Shown here: positions 50,307 through 63,082 of the stretch, piece by piece | Layout: each line of letters begins with the position of its first letter | Numbering within the stretch: the stretch's first letter is position 1 | Origin: Negaprion brevirostris | Taxonomy: Eukaryota | Direction of reading: 5' to 3' | Length of the DNA stretch: 64,000 bases | Assembly (NCBI GenBank): GCA_030324005.1 | Contig: JARDVH010000106.1 | Location: 50,873,474-50,937,473 of the forward strand | Translations under genes and position numbers: made by a program | Notes under the pieces: model-generated | Databases searched by the model: none | Seen by the model: only the letters and a program-made list of their open reading frames with translations | Told to the model about the DNA's origin: nothing

Positions 50307-51864
50307 NNNNNNNNNNNNNNNNNNNNNNNNNNNNNNNNNNNNNNNNNNNNNNNNNNNNNNNNNNNNNNNNNNNNNNNNNNNNNNNNNNNNNNNNNNNNNN
50401 NNNNNNNNNNNNNNNNNNNNNNNNNNNNNNNNNNNNNNNNNNNNNNNNNNNNNNNNNNNNNNNNNNNNNNNNNNNNNNNNNNNNNNNNNNNNNNNNNNNN
50501 NNNNNNNNNNNNNNNNNNNNNNNNNNNNNNNNNNNNNNNNNNNNNNNNNNNNNNNNNNNNNNNNNNNNNNNNNNNNNNNNNNNNNNNNNNNNNNNNNNTT
50601 GGGTGCGAAGCTGAACTGACAAAACAGTCAGGATCTAATATGATTTGGAGAGATATTGGAAATGTATGTTAAGTTGCTATGTGAATGCAAGACTTCCTTC
50701 ATATTGTATTTTATCACATTTCACTGCTGCTTTTTTGACTTTACACATGTTCAGAATCACTTTTAAAACTCTGTGCACCTGTACTAATGGAGCTCACTAT
50801 CCCTTCACTCTGTAGAAGATGTTACCTTCAATTTCTATTTTCTATATTTATCTTAAATGAACTGCATTTGACATACATTAGCCATTTCCCTAATTTGCAC
50901 CTGTCCTCTCATCTTAAAACTGATTATTTTGTTTCATGGCTCATCTTTTCTGAGATGGAAACATCAAAGGAATGTGGCTTTCTTCTCAGGATACTCTAAC
51001 CAGTTCTTAGCATGTGCTAGCAGCTGTTTCATTATTTTGACAACTACAATTACTGTACATATAATTTGCATTTTTGGTTCAATTCTCCCCGAATTTTATG
51101 TGGAGGTGCTGTGTCCGGCAGAGGTGAGCGCGCTTCCTCTTCGTTGGCTGAGCTGATTTTATGGCTGTCAGGCTGTTAACTTGCTCAAGGTGAACTTCCA
51201 ATCAGATTGCTAGCAGCTGTTTAGTCCCAGCATTGCCACCAGNNNNNNNNNNNNNNNNNNNNNNNNNNNNNNNNNNNNNNNNNNNNNNNNNNNNNNNNNN
51301 NNNNNNNNNNNNNNNNNNNNNNNNNNNNNNNNNNNNNNNNNNNNNNNNNNNNNNNNNNNNNNNNNNNNNNNNNNNNNNNNNNNNNNNNNNNNNNNNNNNN
51401 NNNNNNNNNNNNNNNNNNNNNNNNNNNNNNNNNNNNNNNNNNNNNNNNNNNNNNNNNNNNNNNNNNNNNNNNNNNNNNNNNNNNNNNNNNNNNNNNNNNN
51501 NNNNNNNNNNNNNNNNNNNNNNNNNNNNNNNNNNNNNNNNNNNNNNNNNNNNNNNNNNNNNNNNNNNNNNNNNNNNNNNNNNNNNNNNNNNNNNNNNNNN
51601 NNNNNNNNNNNNNNNNNNNNNNNNNNNNNNNNNNNNNNNNNNNNNNNNNNNNNNNNNNNNNNNNNNNNNNNNNNNNNNNNNNNNNNNNNNNNNNNNNNNN
51701 NNNNNNNNNNNNNNNNNNNNNNNNNNNNNNNNNNNNNNNNNNNNNNNNNNNNNNNNNNNNNNNNNNNNNNNNNNNNNNNNNNNNNNNNNNNNNNNNNNNN
51801 NNNNNNNNNNNNNNNNNNNNNNNNNNNNNNNNNNNNNNNNNNNNNNNNNNNNNNNNNNNNNNNN

Positions 51865-52112
51865 CCTGTTCCCATAACTCCATATATTTAGCCTGCTAAT
51901 TCCCTTGACACTAAGGGGCAATTTAGCTTGGCCAATCCACCTAACCCACACAACTTTGGAGTGTGGGAGGAAACTGGAACACACAGGGGAAGCCTGTACA
52001 GACATGGGGAGAACATGCAAACTCCACACAGACTGTCACCTGAGACTGGAGTTGAACCTGGGTTCCTAGTGCTGCGATGCAGCATTGCTAACCATGTACC
52101 ACCTTGCTGCCC
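51865..52112 (-). mobile_element. HE1 SINE
   Basis: Reverse-orientation homologue of 36091-36433. Confidence 0.88.
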
Positions 52113-52809
52113 ATTTCATTTTCTCTCCGTTCCTTTCACTCTGGATTTAATGTAAAATGGTTGCCATCACATCCAGTTAGAAATAAGAAAATATTCAGTG
52201 CGATGGATGGAATTTCGTATACATTTTAAATAAATGTATTTCCCTTTGCGCACATAAAGGAATTGAATTGAATATTTTAATGGGAGTATATGCACCAGAG
52301 CACTTTCTTGGTATTTCTGCAAATATCTTCTAAACAAAAAATTCATGCAATGCCACAGCATCAGTTTGAGCCAAAATGTGTTGCAGAATTTCTTGCAGCC
52401 TAGAAGTAATTTCTGATTAGATAGCAAGCTTGGTGTATCTAATTTACAGCATCTTCCAAGAAGTGACAATACAAAGAAATACTGAGCATGACATTGACTC
52501 TGAACCTTAGTACCAACCTAGCTTTATTAAAATAATGACTCTAGTAATAGGTAGAAAAATATTAAATAAAAACGGAAATGCTTGATACACTCAGTACATC
52601 AGGCAGCACCTGTAGTCAAAGGAAAAAGGCAGGCAAAATGTTACAAGTCTATAAATCTTCCTTTCAGGCCGACAATTCTTCTTAATAACTAAAAGATATA
52701 ACGGACGGATATGTGTAAGGAGGAACTGAGCTTGGAAGAAAGCAACAGAAATAAAATGACCAAAAAAAATGCCTAATCTGGTGATTGTATTTCTGATGCC
52801 CACCTAATG

Positions 52810-53810
52810 GTTTGATTCGATCTGATTTATTGTCACATGTATTAATATACAGTGAAAAGTACTGTTATTCGCATGCTTTACATACCGTATATAGAGAAGA
52901 AAAGGAGAGTGCAGAATGTAGTGTTACTGTCATAGTTAGGGTGTAGAGAAAGATCAACTTAATATGAGGTAGGTCCATTCAGAAGTCTGATGGCAGCAGG
53001 GAAGAAGCTACTCTCGAGTCAGTTGGTTTGCATCTTTTTCCCAATGGAAGTAGAAGACAGTATGTCTGGGGTACATGGGATCCTTGAATATGCTGGCTGC
53101 TTTTCTGAGGCAATAAGAAATGTAAATAGTGACAATGGATGGTTTGCGTGATGGACTAGGCTTTGTTCACGATCCTTTGTAGTTTTTTGCAGATTTGGAC
53201 AATGCAGGAACCATACCAAGCTGTGATACAACCAGAAAGAATGCAGACATGCCAGATTTTCTTAGCCTCCTGAGAAAGTAGAGGTGTTGGTGGGCTTCTT
53301 TAACTATAGCATCAGCATAGAGGGACCAGGACAGATTGTAGGTAATCTGGACACTTAGAGACTTGAAGCTCTTGACCATTTCCACTGTATCCCCATTGAT
53401 GTAGACAGAGGCATGACTTCCACTACGTTTCCTGAAATTGATGACCATCTCCTTCATTATGTTGATACTGAGGGACAGATTACTGTCATTGCACCAGTTC
53501 ACCAGATTCTCTATCTCTTTCCTATACTCTGTCTCATCATTGTTTGAGGTCTGATCCACTGTGATAGTGTCATCAGAAAACTTGAAAATCGAGTTGGAGG
53601 GGAATTTGGCCACACAGTCACAGGTGTATAAGGACTATAGTAAGGGGCTGAGGACTGAGTCTTGTGGGGCACTGGTTGAGGACGATTGTGGAGGAGATGT
53701 TGTTGTCTATTCTTGCTGACTGTGGTCTCCGTGTTAGGAAGTTTAGGATCCAGTCACAGAGAGAGGAGCCAAATCTCAGGCCACCAAGCTTGGAGATGAA
53801 GTTTGGAGAT
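52810..53810 (-). mobile_element. Rex1/Babar-clade LINE 3' part (RT)
   Basis: ORFs LCDWILNFLTRRPQS and FKFSDDT..NNDETEYRKEIENLVNWC..HLYFLRRLRK; the (aatca)n-like tail is at 52810. Confidence 0.88.
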
Positions 53811-53879
53811 GATATCTTGCACTGCACTGCTGTGAGATTGTTTTTAATAATTGACTCCTGTTCCATTATTCTGCCACAA

Positions 53880-54170
53880 CCATTCATCCATCATCTGTGT
53901 CTCATGTACAGCCTTCATTGCACTCTCCACCTTATCACTTCACTGGTTTTTTTTTCAACTTTCTTGTGTCTTTAGTCATCACATTCCCCCCTTCTCTGAC
54001 AGTCTTCCTCTTCACAGGCTGTTCATTTCTAACTTCTTCTGGTTCTGATGAAGGATCGTAGATTGGAAATGTGCTGTCTCTTTTCTCCACAGGTGCTGCA
54101 TGAGCTGCTGAGTATTTCCAGCAGGATATGTTATTTTTATTTCAGATTTCCACAATCTGCCATTTTTTTG
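53880..54170 (+). mobile_element. Penelope-type 3'/pLTR remnant with a decayed hammerhead core
   Basis: ttCTGATGAaggatcgtagattgGAAAtgtg..ctccacaggtgctgcatgagctgctgagtatttccagc..tttcagatttcc. Confidence 0.55.
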
Positions 54171-54399
54171 CCACACTAGAAAATAAGTGATGTGTCTCAG
54201 GAGACCAGATGTAGAGACAGTCATTGTCATTTCTCTAGCAAATTCAGGATCTTAGCAGGGTGAGGAGTAACTATTGGTAAACTTCTCTTCTCGTCAAGGT
54301 GAATAAAGATCTCATGGACAATGCAAAACTTTACATTATAGGCTCTAAATTTTATAATCAACATGTCCAGCTTAGATAAGACACAGGTGACATAGATAT

Positions 54400-56175
54400 A
54401 CACAGAATCAAAGGAACCTCCAATAGAGTTGCAAATCATTCAGCCCAATATTCCTGCAATACTACTGGAGACTTGTGCTCCAGAACATGTCACACCTCTG
54501 GAGAAGCCTTTCCAGCACAGCTATAACACTGGCATCTACCTGACAATGTGGCAATTTGTCCAGGTATTACCTGTTCACAAAAAAGCAGGAAATCCAACTT
54601 GGCCAATTATGGCTTCATCAGTCTACTATTGATTATCGGTAAACTGATGGAAGGGATCATCAACAATGCTATCAAGCGGCACTTTCTTGGCAATAACCTG
54701 CTCACTGATGCTCAGTTTGGGTTCCACCAGGGTCATTCAGCTCTTGACCTAGTTTTAATCTTTGTTCAAATGTGTACAAATCTGTTGAAATCCAGNNNNN
54801 NNNNNNNNNNNNNNNNNNNNNNNNNNNNNNNNNNNNNNNNNNNNNNNNNNNNNNNNNNNNNNNNNNNNNNNNNNNNNNNNNNNNNNNNNNNNNNNNNNNN
54901 NNNNNNNNNNNNNNNNNNNNNNNNNNNNNNNNNNNNNNNNNNNNNNNNNNNNNNNNNNNNNNNNNNNNNNNNNNNNNNNNNNNNNNNNNNNNNNNNNNNN
55001 NNNNNNNNNNNNNNNNNNNNNNNNNNNNNNNNNNNNNNNNNNNNNNNNNNNNNNNNNNNNNNNNNNNNNNNNNNNNNNNNNNNNNNNNNNNNNNNNNNNN
55101 NNNNNNNNNNNNNNNNNNNNNNNNNNNNNNNNNNNNNNNNNNNNNNNNNNNNNNNNNNNNNNNNNNNNNNNNNNNNNNNNNNNNNNNNNNNNNNNNNNNN
55201 NNNNNNNNNNNNNNNNNNNNNNNNNNNNNNNNNNNNNNNNNGGTGGGTGGTGGAGGTAACTGGTTGGAGTCATGCCTGGCACAAAGGAAAATGGTTGTGA
55301 TGGTTGGAGGTCAGTTATCTCACTTCTAGGCCATCACTGCCAGAGCTTCTGAGTGTATTGTTCTAGTTCTTCAGCTACTTCATCAATGACACTCCTGCCA
55401 TCATAAGGTCTGAAGTGGAGATGTTTGCTCATGATTACACAAAGTTCTGCACCATCTGTGATTCCTCAGATACTAAAACACTCCACGTTTAAATGCAGCA
55501 ACACTTGGACAATATCCAGGCTTGGGCTGACAAGTGGTAAGTAACATTCACGCCACACAAGTGCTAGAAAATGACCATCTCCAATAGGAGAGAGCTTACC
55601 ATCTCAGTTTAACAGTCAATGGCATTACCATCACTGAATCCCTCACTATCAACATCCCAGGGCATTACCATTGACCAGAAACTGAACTTGATTAACCATA
55701 TAAATACTGTGGCTACAAGAGCATATCGGAAGCTAGGAATCCTGCGGTGAATAATTCACTTCCTGACTCCCCAGAGCCTGTCCACCATCGACAGGGCACA
55801 AGTCAAGGGTGTGATGGAATACTCTCCATTTGTTAGGATGAATACAGCTCCAACAACACTGAAGCAATGTGACATCATTCAAGACAAAACAACCTGCTTG
55901 ACTGGCACCTCATATTCAAGGTATATTCACAGGATATTGCCAACTGGAAATTCCCTTCCAGCCACTCACCATCCTGACTTGGAACTATATTGCTGCTCCT
56001 TGTCACTGCGTCTAAATCCTGGGACTCCATAAATAACAGCAGTGTGGGTGTGCCTACACCACGTGGACTTCAGTGTTTCAAGAAGTTTGGTCACTGCCAC
56101 ATTTTCAAGAGCAATTTGTGATGGGCAACCAATTCTGGTCTAGCCAATAAAGCCAACATCCTGTAAATGTGTTAA
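54400..56175 (+). mobile_element. CR1/L2-group LINE, RT and 3' end (gap inside)
   Basis: ORF SLLLIIGKLMEGIINNAIK..NLLTDAQFGFHQGHSALDL; degenerate MFADD motif near 55421; 3' tail at about 56100-56175. Confidence 0.85.
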
Positions 56176-56797
56176 AAAGTCCCATTTCTGTGCCTTTCCC
56201 AAATACCTTTAATTTTTTGACAAATATTTATATCCACCTTCAGAAGCTATTTATAGATTTTGCTTCTATAACTTGTCTGTAGTGTTCCACGTACTCACAA
56301 CATTAATGTAAAAAAACCTCTCTCCCTTACAATAATTTATGTTCTCCACTGAACAACTCACTAATTCGTGGAAATACCTTTTTTCTATTCAAATTACCAA
56401 AATCCCTCATTCTTGTGAACAGTTCCAGTAGATCGCCTCTTAAACTTCTCTTTTCCAACACAAAAACACCTCCAGTTATTTTGGTTTGTTTCCATAACCA
56501 AGGCAATGCAACGCAAGTTCATACAATATTGCCTTGTCTGCGAGTCTTAACCTGAATTGGAAAGGCACTCCTGTCCCCACTGCACATAGCTTTCTTTAAG
56601 ACCTCTTTAATGTTCTTGTTTTCCCTAACTCAGACCTGCCTGTATGAGCATAACTCAGTCATGCTTTGGTTTTATTGGCAAGATGGAGTGGGCTAGTTTT
56701 CTCTGACATTAAAAGCAGCATTGATTACGTCTAGGCACATACCAACTGCATCATGTCTCATTTGAACTCAGTGACATTCTGAGCTCTGGAAGGGCCA

Positions 56798-57300
56798 TGA
56801 CATAGAATTAAATAGTATAGCACAGAAACAGGCCGTTTGATCCTATCAGTCCAAGCATTTATGTTCCATCCGAAGCCTTTTTCCAATCTTCCTGATGTAG
56901 CACCAGCAGCATAGCCCTCTAATCGTTACTCCTTCATATACTTGTCTAGCTTCCCCTTAAATGCATCTATACAATTCACCACAACACTCCCTGTGGAAAC
57001 AAATTCCGCATTCTTACTATTCTCTGGGTAAGAACTTTCTTCTGAATACCTGAATCTGCATTTGATTTCTTTGTGATTATCATACAACAACAGCCTCTAC
57101 TTTGTCCTTTCCCACAATCATCTATTCTATAAAAACTTCCATAATTTTAAAGCTCCCTAATAGGTCATCTTTCAGTCTTTCAAAAGAAGTGAGATCCAAG
57201 CTGTTCGTACTTTCGTGATTATACTTCTTTTCATTCTTTTCAGTGTCTCTATATTCTTTTGAAAATAGCATGTCAGGTATTTATTATTATAATCCGAGGT
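56798..57300 (-). mobile_element. Degenerate CR1 3' region
   Basis: catagaatt..atagcacagaaacaggccgtttgatcc...ccccttaaatgcatctatac..cactccctgtgg. Confidence 0.7.
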
Positions 57301-57399
57301 ATTATAATCAACTTTTGTAAATAAACAGCTGCAAGGCAGCTCATAGATACACTGTGTGCTGCGACAACATGATTTAATCAGTTCCACTGACATTGTTCT

Positions 57400-58280
57400 G
57401 GCTCCAGTTACTAGACTAATACAATGGTAGGATGGAGTGAAGCCATGAAGGAATGAGTAATGACGGAGGTATACTGGATGGGGAGTTATGGAGATGGTGA
57501 CAGTAGGTGTGATAGGTGAGTAATACCCTTCTGGACAATTAAAGGGTAGAGTGTCCAATACAGAATTCTGCACGAGTTGAAATGTGGAACTCAGAATGCA
57601 TTTGTGGAGAACATTGGGGAAATGAAGCCTCTGGTCATAGTTTCAGTGGCACTGATGGTACAACAGCAATGTATTTGATAAATTAATATATGAGAGCAAA
57701 AAAGTGGTAATTTTGAATTTTACTGATCATTGGGTTGAATGTTCATCCCAAAGTCAAATAGGATAATGAGACTGTGCATGATTGGTTTGGTGACCGGGGA
57801 AGGGGGATGGAGTCAGCAGGGGCTGAAATGTGGCTTCTGGCATGAATGAATCAGGCCTCTGTAGTCTAGCCAGTCAGATGGTCAGTCAACCAGCATAGCA
57901 ATAATCAAGGAGTGCTAGTGGTTGTGATGGAAGATAAAGCTATGTATCACCAGCACAGTTAATGTTGAAGCTATCCATATTTTGTCCCCAGAGACTGATG
58001 AAGAATAAGAGGGACAGAGGTAACTACAAAGATTCCGACAGAGAATCAGATCACTACACTTTAAAGTTATTCAATGCATGTGGAGAGCTATGAGACATTT
58101 CTAAGGAGCAATGGTAGGATATTATGAAAAAACAAGCCTTTCTTTATATCTTGATTGCCAACCAATGATCCCAGAAGGGTTTTGGGTGAGAAAATCGCTG
58201 ATCTTGGCTTTTATGCTCCCATGATAAAGCACCCTGTTGATATTCACTTTCAAAGACCTCAGGTAACTGTTCTAAAGTGT
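57400..58280 (-). mobile_element. Very old L2-like LINE remnant
   Basis: Purine-rich degenerate segments (ggaatgagtaatgacgg, aagctatgtatcaccagca) suggest reverse RT sequence; no intact motifs. Confidence 0.35.
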
Positions 58281-58874
58281 ACTGAAACAAGGCTAACAGC
58301 AGTGGAAGTGTACCCCACTGAAAGGGAGGAATAAGGGGCTAGGTTTGGAAGGGAAAAATTAAACCACTTCTAACGTCAGTCTTTAACACCATACATTAAT
58401 TTCTCAGATCATTTTTACCACATCCCTTTTATTATTAATGCCTTGTTGTTGAACCATTACCAACATTTTCTTTGGTATTTTTACACAAAATGTTTTCAAA
58501 GTTACTGTAGACATGTTTTATCTGTATGGATAGGTTTCAACAGAACATTAAATGATCATCAAACCACAGGACCTTAACAGTCATATTGCTATTGTAGCGC
58601 AGGCTCCATGTGTGCATAAAAATGCAGAAAATTCACCCAGGAGCTATTTAATCGCTATAAGAGATCTTCATTCGTAGTCATTGAGGGGCTCAAATTTGAC
58701 AATCATAGAGGTATTTCACTAACCCAGAAAAAAAGTTTGCATGTGTATGGAAATCTATATATACACATATGTATAATATTATATATGTATCAGATTTCTG
58801 TTGGCACATGTAGGAGAATTATTACCTTTTCAACTCCCCTTTGCTGATCGAAAGAGAAAATCAGATACATTATT

Positions 58875-60480
58875 TTGCTATGTAAGGAAGATAAGAGAGA
58901 GAAAACATAGAATTATCAACCAGTTAACCGGACAACCACAGTTGGGAAAATAGTAAAATCTATAATTAAGGATAGGGTGACTGAGCACCTTGAAGATTTT
59001 CCACTGTAATGAGTACGCCTCGCAAACGTGATTGCATTTTTTGAAGAAGTGATGAAAGTGGTGGACAAAAGAATGACAATGGATGTTATTCATATAGTCT
59101 GTGAGAAGCAAAAGTCCCTCACAGGTTGTTAGCTGAAGTTGAAACTCATGGAACTGAAGGCAAATCATTGACCTGGTTTGGAAATCAGCTGAGCAGCAGC
59201 AAAGGAGAGTAGGGCTACTTGGCAGAACGTGACCTGTGGCATCACATAGGAATGTGTGTTGTGCCTCAGCTACTCAATGCATTTATTTACTATTCATAGA
59301 ACATAGAACATTACAGCGCAGAACAGGCCCTTCGGCCCACGATGTTGCGCCGACCAGTTAAAAAGCAANNNNNNNNNNNNNNNNNNNNNNNNNNNNNNNN
59401 NNNNNNNNNNNNNNNNNNNNNNNNNNNNNNNNNNNNNNNNNNNNNNNNNNNNNNNNNNNNNNNNNNNNAAAAGGCTATCACAGTCCACCCTATCTAAACC
59501 TCTAATCATCTTATATGTTTCAATAAGGTCCCCTCGTAGCCGCCTCCTTTCTAACGAAAACAACCTCAAATCCCTCAGTCTCTCCTCATAGGACCTCCCC
59601 TCCATACCAGAATTATTGCATAAAGAGTTACATATCCAAGTTTACCTTTAATACAAAAATTGATGGCATTGTGAAGAATGTTGACGGAAGCATGAAATTA
59701 CAAAGAGAGATGAATAGATGGAGTGAATGGGTGAAACTGTCAAATAAATTTTAATGTGGTGAGGCCACCCACTTTGAACTTAAAAAGCATGTGTCTGAGT
59801 ATTTTCTAAATGATGAAAAGCTAGAAATAGTGGAGATCCAGAGAGGCTTGGGGGTTTGGGGCGGGGGTGGTCCATGTAGGCACATGGTTAAAAAATGCAG
59901 AAAACAATCAAAAAAACTGATGGAACGCTGAGCTGTGTAACTTAGAGGAATAGAATACAAGAGAGATGTTATGCTACAGCTAATCAAAGCCACACAATGG
60001 AGTGCTGCATTCAGTTCTGGGCACCATACCTCAGGAAAGATATATTGATCTTGGAGGAAATGCATTGTAATTTTACCAAAATGACTACCAGGATTAAATT
60101 ATGGGTAAAGGTCACACAAATTATGTTTGTATTTCTTGCAATTTAGAAAGTGAAGTGGTGATTTGAGCAAAGTTTTCAATAAGTTAAGAGGAACTGATAG
60201 GGTGGGTAGCAAGAACCAAGTTCTGCTGGCTGGGAAGTCTAGGATAAGGAGACATAGTCTAAAAGTTGCAGTCAGCCATTTCAGAAGTGAGTGACATTAG
60301 GAAAAACTGCAAATGTTTGGAGATCCTTTCCAAAATGGCACTTGATGAGTTTGAGATTGATATATTTTTCTTAACCAAATGTTTTAAAGGATGTATAGTA
60401 AAGATGGTGCACACAAATATGCCACAGATCTCACTGAATAGCAGAATAGCCTCAAGGGCTAAATGGTTGACTCCTGTTAG
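58875..60480 (+). mobile_element. Degenerate CR1 LINE (RT to 3' end) interrupted by a younger antisense CR1
   Basis: aattatcaaccagttaacc..gcatttttttgaagaagtg..; agttctgggcaccatacctcaggaaagatat; 3' end cacagatctcactgaatagcagaatagcctcaagggctaaatgg. Confidence 0.8.
59295..59610 (-). mobile_element. Young 5'-truncated CR1 insertion
   Basis: Intact [44 protein letters not shown] and an intact (ttctatg)n tail. Confidence 0.9.
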
Positions 60481-60641
60481 TTGCTGCAACAAAATGGAAG
60501 GATCTAGTATACTGTTGAAGCACTGTAACATTTACTGCAGGCTTCCGGTGAACATGTCAAACTATACGCCTTCTGCCACTTCTTGTCTGTGGTCTAAAAC
60601 ATAGTAAACGCAAGTTACACTTTTCCTCTTATTAAAAAGCA

Positions 60642-60660
60642 TTACGCCCTCAGGTGGCCA
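60642..60660 (-). promoter_or_regulatory. Candidate CTCF-binding site
   Basis: Minus strand TGGCCACCTGAGGGCGTAA versus consensus TGGCCACCAGRGGGCGC, in a CpG-retaining non-repeat patch (60540-60780). Confidence 0.45.
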
Positions 60661-60799
60661 ATAGAGCATGTTACATGTATGATTTACTTGGAGCGGGAAT
60701 TGTATCCAACCTCTAAAATGGGAACATAAGCTACTGGACCGCTTGGAAACTTGCATGCGACTCTTTAAAAGGAAGTTCACCTTGCAGTCTTCTTCAAAC

Positions 60800-61255
60800 T
60801 GAAGGACTGACACTATCTACACTTCCTGCTGCCTCAGAAAAACAGCCAGCATAATTAATAAGCCCATGCACACCGGCCATACTCAGATCCACTTTCTTCC
60901 ACTGGGAAAAAGANNNNNNNNNNNNNNNNNNNNNNNNNNNNNNNNNNNNNNNNNNNNNNNNNNNNNNNNNNNNNNNNNNNNNNNNNNNNNNNNNNNNNNN
61001 NNNNNNNNNNNNNCGGCCATACTCAGTTCCACTTTCTTCCACTGGGAAAAAGATACAAAAGTCTGAGGACACGTACCAACTGACTCTGCTGCCATCAGAC
61101 TTTTGAATGGATCCACCTCATATTAGGTCTTTACACCCTAGCTATGACTGTAACACTACATTCTCCACTTTCTATGCTTTGTCGGTATTGTGCACAAGAA
61201 ACAGTATTTTTCAGTGTCTATCAATACATGTGACAATAATAAATCAAATCAAATA
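60800..61255 (+). mobile_element. Rex1/Babar LINE 3' end
   Basis: Reverse homologue of 52810-53150, ending gtgacaataataaatcaaatcaaa. Confidence 0.8.
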
Positions 61256-62956
61256 AACAATATGTATTAATTTTATTATACATTTTAACAAAATTTTGAT
61301 TATCCTTATGTAGAAGCATGGACACCATTGGTGTTCTTGCTGAGAGCAGCAGGGCAGGATTGCATCTGGGAGGAAATCACAAACCTGATAACAGGTGGAA
61401 TGGAGTGCAAAAACCTGTTCATACGAACCCTGTTCGTATGAGAGGCAGTTGGAACAAATCTTGGTGCAAAAAAATGAAAAGTAAATCTCCTAAGTATTTC
61501 TGAGTTATTTCCAGGCACTTTAAGCTCACAAACTCTAATAATTCTACTTTGATCAGCTGCTGTACCTCAATTATCCTAGTTTAATATGCTAAGCATGAAA
61601 GGCTCAAAAAATGCAGGGGGCTCAGAGAAAGAATTTCAAAGGTGTAGAAGCTGCAAAGAACAACATGCACCTATTTCACTGCTAAAAGTACAATCTTCCA
61701 TTGTTCTTGTGTGTCATAAATACATCTAACGGATCAAGGAAATTCACTCCCTTTATGTCCAAATTGCTGTCAGCTCTCTTGCTTGTTAGAAACTGATTTA
61801 TACTGGAGTTGAAGAGTCTTCAGCAAACAAGAGTTGGAAGTGAGAACAGATGGTTATACATTGCGTGTGAGACAGAGAGGGAAACAGTAGAAAAAAATGC
61901 AAAGTGTCCGCAGCAACTTGGAGAAAATAATGGGGGCCAGAGATATAAGGACTGGCATAGTCTGCAACTTGATAAAAAGATGCATAGGTACAATGGAAAA
62001 TTTAGTGGCACAGATAATTGGCCATAAAAAGAGATGAAAAGTAGCAAAAAATGTCTAATCAACAGCCAATATGTCAGATTCTTCAGTAAAAGTCAACTCC
62101 TACTGAGTGCCTAAAGATTTAGAAGGGTGGCATCCTTTCATTGTTTGCATCTTCCAATATAGAAAAGTAGAAATTGGAATAAACCAGATACAGAATCCAA
62201 CACAAGAATTAGAGTTCTGAACTAAGTAGGTTTGGTTGGCTTAGTTCAGTGTCCAGCTGATAGGAGCCCACGGGACAAAAAGGAAATAATTGGGCAAGAT
62301 TGGCTTTAAATCAACAATCACATAAAGAATAGTTGACATGGGAACTGGAAACGTCATACTTTTACAGCAGTATATCCTTAGCCTTTCTAAAGTTGGGGTG
62401 AAGGTAAGAGCAAAGAGTTTTCATCTGCTTCTGGCCATGGTACATACAGCAGCCAGAATACCTGATGCTGACATTTGACAATAAAAGTCGATATATTTCT
62501 CACTCTCACGTTCAACATTTCTCAATTTGATGGAAGTTTTGTGTCTCTTACAAAAATATTCAACCCACCCCTCCATGGGAAAGCTACTTTCAGTGAGAAG
62601 ACAAAATGTGTCTTGAAATTATGTTGACTCAAATTCATATGTAAACCCTTAACACTTTCCAGTTGATTTTACCTGTAGTTGTCTGAACAGAGGCATTAAC
62701 TAGTTTACTGCAAGTGGCTTAATGTCCAGTTAAAACACAGGAATTTTACATGGAAACCGTACACTATTATTGCACAATATTAATTGTTTTGATTCCTGCC
62801 TGAATGTAATAAAAATGGTCAATAGTTACACCAACATGAATATGTTTGATAAGTTATTACCTGAGATTTATCTTGTTATTGTCAAATTTGACGAGAGATA
62901 TTTGAGGTTCTTCTGTATCTTTGAATTGCAATGTAAGCAAAATAGACATATATTTA

Positions 62957-63082
62957 CTAGAATTTTACCACCCTGCACCCCGCCGGAATTGGTGTGGGTG
63001 AGGCTCCCAGAACAGAATTTTCCATTGGCCTCAGCCACTATTTTATGAGCCTCACCCGAGTGAGGTTGTAAAATAGCCCCCA
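62957..63082. mobile_element. Short MITE
   Basis: Termini gaattttac / gtaaaatagcccc enclose a GC-rich interior. Confidence 0.45.

Noticed and set aside
60874-61052. Direct repeat of about 38 nt on both sides of a 100-N gap
   Set aside because: Typical overlapping contig ends within a Rex1 3' end; an assembly artefact.
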